From the NCBI GenBank assembly GCA_963815455.1, contig CAWFGO010000003.1:640001-704000 (forward strand): a DNA stretch of 64,000 bases. Reading direction: 5' to 3'. Positions 58,949 through 64,000 of the stretch are shown one piece after another. The notes under the pieces are model-generated. The model saw only the letters and a list, made by a program, of their open reading frames with translations. It did no database searches and was not told where the DNA came from. Made by a program: the position numbers and the translations under genes. The DNA comes from an uncultured Verrucomicrobiae bacterium. Lineage in GTDB: Bacteria > Verrucomicrobiota > Verrucomicrobiia > Chthoniobacterales > UBA10450. Position 1 is the stretch's first letter, and each line of letters opens with the position of its first letter.

Positions 58949-60032
58949 GTGATCGCATCTCTCTACGATTTGCTCTCGCCGTTCCTGCCGGAAAGCGCGT
59001 CAACTACCGCCGCCGGCCTAACAGTGTGGGCTTTCGTAATCGGTCTCGTTGTATGGTTCTCGCACATGTTTTTTAAAGCCTTCGAGGACCATATCAAAGC
59101 CGCGATCAGATGGCTGTTCAAGACATGGGCGCGTGGCGCTTTTGTCGCAAGTTGGATCGGATTCATAGCGTTTGCCGCAATTTGTAAATCGGCAGTGATG
59201 TTTGCGACCGCACTTGTCGTCGCGCCGCTGCTAGTCCTGTTCCGATATTATCGTCGATTGGCGTTCTGGCTTGTGGCCGCAATCTCCGTGTTAGTTATGA
59301 CCGGTTCATTCGGAATTGATCAGTACCGCAAAAACAAGGATCGGCAGGCCGTAAGTGTGGTACTTTGTCCTGGCGTTCGAAAACAAAGGCATGGCTCTTT
59401 ACGAGCCCGAGGTTGAAAAGATCTGGGTAGATTGCAAACAGACGTTGCAGAATGACGTGTTTCGCGCCGTCTCCTGGGTGCAAATCAATCCGAAATCCGA
59501 AGAGTATAAGGTCAATCGATGGGATTTGACTCATCCGGAGCGTATTTTGGCGCAGGACTCCCCGGACGTTCTATTGAGGACATGGATTGTGGTTTTTGAG
59601 GGAGATCCAAAAACAGTCAGGGCGGTGTCGGAGTTGACCAAACTGGTCCCTCCGAGTTCGCTCGTACCGCTGGAAATCGAGCCGTCTTCGCAAACGCTCT
59701 ATACGCGCCTCGTCGACAGCGACTTTATGTCACTCGGTATTGCTGCATGGCTTTGGCGATCGCTCGAAGAGAAACACGCGGACCGTGTCCGTCCGTCGGA
59801 TTGTACTGCAGTCAACCAGCGTATTCTCAGTCTGGACTGCTCATTCCTCGAACGTAACCGACCCGATTCTCCGTTAATTTCAAAGGTGCGCGCGGCATTG
59901 GCCTCACCGACCGACATCGATGTCCGCGACCTCCTAAACGAATATCCGCAGCCGGACAACGCGAAGGCAGTAGCAGCGCAGGAGGAGGAGAAGAGCAACG
60001 AAATCGCAAGCAGGATCGCACCCGACGGGTAG
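58949..60032 (+). CDS. Hypothetical membrane protein (N-terminal TMs plus soluble domain); probable frameshift ~59355
   Basis: Overlapping ORFs 58949..59416 (hydrophobic) and 59355..60032. Confidence 0.55.
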
Positions 60033-60043
60033 CAGTTGTACGC

Positions 60044-61910
60044 ATGAATCCAACCTCGCAAGTTAACAGTCCTACTCGTTCGTTGTCGGGGTCCATAACC
60101 CCCATTTGGTTGACCGCCAATTGGAGTTTTATTCTCGTGCTTGCTGTTCTGATTATTTCCGCGGCGTGGAGCTTTGTGACCCATGAGCGGTTTGTTCCCC
60201 GAGAATTGCAGGTACATTCCGCCCGAGAATGCCCTCTTCGTTGCCACCGGCCCGCTCGACTCGCTTTGGCACGCGGTTGACGCGCATTTCGGATCAGTAA
60301 TCCAGCCGCTGACGGAGGGCCATCCAAAAGAAGCCCACAAGGGATCGGTAAGGACAGCCGTTGAAAATCTCCAGGAAAATCTTGCTAAGAATAATTTGCC
60401 CGTCGCGCACCTTTCCAATTTCGCTGCCTACGGTATAGATGCCGCGCGCGGTATATTCGCCAGTTTGTATCGCGCCGATAACGAGACGATGGGCCCGTTT
60501 GTCTTCGTCATTCCGATTCTCAATCAGTCGACATTTAAAGACACTTTGCGGCGCCTCTACCCCAAGGACACAATGGAAGTGACGCAGATTCCCGGCATTA
60601 GTAAGACAGCGAATTCATTCAAAATAGCGGAGATTTACATGAGTTTTCCGGAGACAGGGATCGCTCTTCTCAGCGATAATCCCGAGCTTCTCGCCCGCAG
60701 TTTGCGCGATCGGTCGGCTAACCTCGAGTATGCGCGTCGCAATGACGATTTGTATGATGGAGTTCGACAATGCCTCGGAAGTCCAATCGGCACCGGACCG
60801 ACAGCTTTTGTCTTTGCCCGGCCCAATCTGCCAGGAGTTCTGCACATTAGCATTGGCTTGAATTTGCGAAAGGATGACGTGCTGCTCAAGGCTCAACTTG
60901 GCGTCCGCAGCAACGTCGTGAAACTCATCAATGATCTGCTCGCCCATCCACCCACCGATGCCGCTTGGTCGAAACGTCTTCCATCCGAGGTGGCGAGCGT
61001 CGTCCTGCTTCAGGACAAGACTCTCGGACAGATTATTGGCACACTGGGTTCGTGGTGCCCCATCATCAAAGATGTTCTTCAGAAGATGTACGGCGGGTTC
61101 TTGTGGAGTCTGCGAGATTCGCCGATGCTGTCGCGCGTCGTAATTGCCGTCTCGGGATATCGCGATGGCCTGCCCGAGGTGCTTACGGGGATCTGGGGAG
61201 ATCAGACGCAAATCGAATCCGAGCTACGAAAACTACAGATCCAATTCCGCCGGGACCGTGATGTCGAAATTCTAACGGCGGTGAACCTTACCATGGTAGC
61301 CGGTTCTTCTCTCGATCGGGTCTCCATCCTCTCGCCGGAGCCATTTTCCACGTTCGGCCGCTACACGCAGGGTCCGGAGGGTGAATTTAGCGGCCAGCCG
61401 ACAGCGCAGGATCTCGCGAATGAAACTTACACAAAGCAGGTTGCAGGACAGGTGATCCACTACGTCGCGCCGCGCCTGACCGCAAACGACCGCCGTTTTC
61501 GCAAGCAGTTTGAGAAATTAAGCGATGCCGAACTGGAGGACAGTGAGGGATTGGATCGGTATCGGATAGCCTACGTGTCGCATGAGGGTGCCGTCTGGCT
61601 GGCGACCAATATTAACGATCTCAAAACGCTACTCGCTGCAAGGAGCGACAGCTTGAGCAACAGCCCCTACTTCACTTCATCAACGCATCGCCAGAACGCC
61701 CGCGACAAGATGCAGATCTTCCTCAACATCGACCAACTCACAAAGTTCGGACTGCTAAGTCCGCAAAGCTCCATCGAAGACTTCGTCAAAGATTATTTGA
61801 TGGATCTGCGCGATCATCCGGCCGTGGCGATTGATCTACAGCCGTGCGGGGCCAGACGTGAGTGTCTCAGCATCTCCGTGCGATTCCTGAGTCGGGCGGC
61901 TATCCGGTAA
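60044..61910 (+). CDS. Membrane-anchored large hypothetical protein (DUF3352-like); probable frameshift ~60190
   Basis: TM in ORF 60044..60280 joined to ORF 60183..61910; two related starts RYIPPENALFV and KRLPSEVASVV. Confidence 0.55.
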
Positions 61911-61916
61911 ACAAAC

Positions 61917-62543
61917 ATGGGGCGCGCTGCAATATCATTGAATCGGGTGGAGAAGATCTACGGACGGTCTCAGGTCTTGTCTGTTTCTCAGCTCGACCTG
62001 GCTGTGGATGCCCGCGTCAGTCTGCGCGGGCCCAACGGCTCCGGTAAATCGACCCTGCTGCGGCTGATTGCAGGTATCGCTATCCCCACAAAAGGCTGTG
62101 TCGACCGCGATACGGCTCGCCTCGGCCCAAGACTTGGCTACGTCCCCCAGGCAGGCGGATTAACCGAAGAATTATCAGTTGAGCAAAACTTGGATCAACG
62201 CCGTCACCTCTGTGGCCTGCGCGGAAACGCGAAGGCGAAAGAGGAAGTGTTGGTTCGTGCGGGCTTGATGGACTCACGCGGGAAGCGCTTTGCGGAACTG
62301 TCAGGTGGACGGCAACGCCTAGCTGCCATGGCCGCGGCGCTCTACATCGAACCCAGCTGGCTTCTTATCGACGAGCCTTTTGCCAGTGTTGACACGCCAC
62401 GTCGAGCGGAAATCGAACGCTTGCTCGAAGAGTGGACACCTCGCCCCCACCTCCTAGTCGTGACCTCTCCCGAGTCGGAAGAGCTTCCGCTCGTTGGGTG
62501 CGAGATTATTTCATTAAAAGACGGCCATCTTGATGTTCGCTAG
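61917..62543 (+). CDS. ABC transporter ATP-binding protein
   Basis: GPNGSGKST, LSGGRQR, LLIDEP; the switch His appears replaced (VVTSP). Confidence 0.88.
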   Translation: MGRAAISLNRVEKIYGRSQVLSVSQLDLAVDARVSLRGPNGSGKSTLLRLIAGIAIPTKGCVDRDTARLGPRLGYVPQAGGLTEELSVEQNLDQRRHLCGLRGNAKAKEEVLVRAGLMDSRGKRFAELSGGRQRLAAMAAALYIEPSWLLIDEPFASVDTPRRAEIERLLEEWTPRPHLLVVTSPESEELPLVGCEIISLKDGHLDVR

Positions 62544-63840
62544 CTTTAGAACGCTCGGTAAAGATCTTTTCGAGCTCCAGAAGACCGGACGAGGACTGAT
62601 GCTGGCGTTCATCGCCCCACCACTCATCGCCATACTCGTCGGCCAATTGAGTGTCCGACCTCAGAATCTACGGTTGTTGATCGCTGGCACTCCACACGAA
62701 ACTAATATCGAACCGATAGAGGATCTTGAAAAGGTGCTGAGGGAACTGCCAGGCATCCATGTGATCAGGAAACCGGAGTCCCCCAGCGACCCCCTTGAGG
62801 AAGCTAGGCGGGGACAATACGATCTTGTGATCGTCCCTAATGAGCTTGGCACCGAAGAAATCGCTGCTTATACAGCAAACACTGATCCCGCGCGCGTGGC
62901 GCAGTTAGCTGAGTTTGCGGGAACAATCGAACGAACGCTCAGCATGATGAGCGCAAACAAGGAAGATAGAGAATCGATCAGGGAGCTTGAGAACCATCTT
63001 AAAGAGCTTCGTGATGTAAGCATAGGCTTGGAACCACCGCCGCCTCTAACGTCATTTGAAAACGAGGAGCCCGCAGATCAGGCAAGGCCACTAACACGCC
63101 TTGCCAAGAAGATTGAAACGACACTCAATTCCATGAAAGAGTCGCAAAAGACGGCGTTCGCTCGCGAGCTCAGTGCAATCCGCATTATTCCGGCGCAGTC
63201 GCTTCATCCCTATTACCCCAGAGCGCGCGATCGCTCGGCGGCATTTCTGCCAATGACCATCGCGTTGGTCCTCTGCTTTTTTCCATTTATCATCGCTGCG
63301 CCTTCTTTAGTTCGGGAAAAAGAGTCGCATACGATTGAAGTCTTGTTGACCGCGCCGGGCATGACGCACAATTGGCTCTTTGCCGCCAAATGTTATCTCC
63401 CGATATTGGTCGCGGCCTTTGATGCTGTATTGATGTTGATCTGCGCCGAATTTTTTTATCAATACTATTTTAAGAGCGGATTCCCCCTCTTGGTCTTGTA
63501 TATGTTGCTCGCGACGTCAGCCGCTACCTTTCTTGGCTTGGCCATTTCCGCCGTCGTGCGTTCTACTATCCAGGCCACCGCGGCTTCCGCATTGTACTTC
63601 GTCTGTCTACTTCTTTTTAGCGGCTTCTTTGTTGATCTGGACCAAAGTGCAAGCGCCGTGCGCCTGATCGCCAACTGCCTGCCGCTGGCAACACTAGATC
63701 AGATAATAAAGGCTTGGATGTTCGGATCTCAGCTGCCTGGCCCGACAAGTTTGTCCGCGCGATTGCTGTTTGGTCAGACTTCCATCTTCGGAATCATTGC
63801 ATGGGTGAGCTACCGGAGGGTGTTCGTGAATCGCCTATAG
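62530..63840 (+). CDS. ABC-2 type permease with inserted coiled-coil extracytoplasmic region
   Basis: N-terminal TM, SLVREKESHTIEVLL.AP, C-terminal TMs with LLFSGFF. Confidence 0.85.
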   Translation: MMFASFRTLGKDLFELQKTGRGLMLAFIAPPLIAILVGQLSVRPQNLRLLIAGTPHETNIEPIEDLEKVLRELPGIHVIRKPESPSDPLEEARRGQYDLVIVPNELGTEEIAAYTANTDPARVAQLAEFAGTIERTLSMMSANKEDRESIRELENHLKELRDVSIGLEPPPPLTSFENEEPADQARPLTRLAKKIETTLNSMKESQKTAFARELSAIRIIPAQSLHPYYPRARDRSAAFLPMTIALVLCFFPFIIAAPSLVREKESHTIEVLLTAPGMTHNWLFAAKCYLPILVAAFDAVLMLICAEFFYQYYFKSGFPLLVLYMLLATSAATFLGLAISAVVRSTIQATAASALYFVCLLLFSGFFVDLDQSASAVRLIANCLPLATLDQIIKAWMFGSQLPGPTSLSARLLFGQTSIFGIIAWVSYRRVFVNRL

Positions 63841-63916
63841 CGTAATCATCGCCACGATTACGAGGCGCGTGATCTACATTGCATCACCCGAGGATGATCG
63901 GTTGTCGTTCGACATC

Positions 63917-64000
63917 ATGAACCTCGCCCCCTGCATTGGCTGCGGCGGACTCTTTCCGGAAATGGACGGGCCAACGCATCGGTATATGGAATCGTCGCCT
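63917..64000 (+). CDS. Truncated start of a DUF5946-like protein
   Basis: MNLAPCIGCGGLFPEMDGPTHRYMESSP (CxGCG..DGPTHRY); runs off the window. Confidence 0.5.
   Translation, partial: MNLAPCIGCGGLFPEMDGPTHRYMESSP

Overview
High-GC bacterial chromosomal DNA. The gene content (LpxC-FabZ fusion, TIGR03790-type protein, two-domain NDK, large secreted protein with a dockerin-like C-terminal module) suggests a soil Verrucomicrobium (Chthoniobacterales/Spartobacteria); this is inference. Contents: a type III-like restriction-modification pair, three toxin-antitoxin modules, a Tat-exported vanadium haloperoxidase-like protein, an ALDH followed by small accessory genes (including TIR-TM), transporters, an ECF sigma locus, tRNA-Gly(GCC), lipid A genes, recN, deo genes, a riboflavin operon split by two secreted-protein genes, nusB/ftsY, two msrB paralogues and an uncharacterised ABC cluster. 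Several conserved genes (lpxA, recN, GH57) carry single-base frameshifts that look like long-read assembly errors. The most striking unexplained structure is a multi-family palindromic repeat (REP/REPIN-like) ecosystem. Two different HUH/Y1 tyrosine transposases, each flanked by its own inverted repeats, bracket lpxB. Repeats sit in frame inside housekeeping proteins (LpxB, GH57 and others), supply stop and possibly start codons, and nest inside one another. A second notable feature is two diverged copies of the ALDH 3' end stacked downstream of an inserted TA cassette. No database searches were run; family assignments come from motif recognition.
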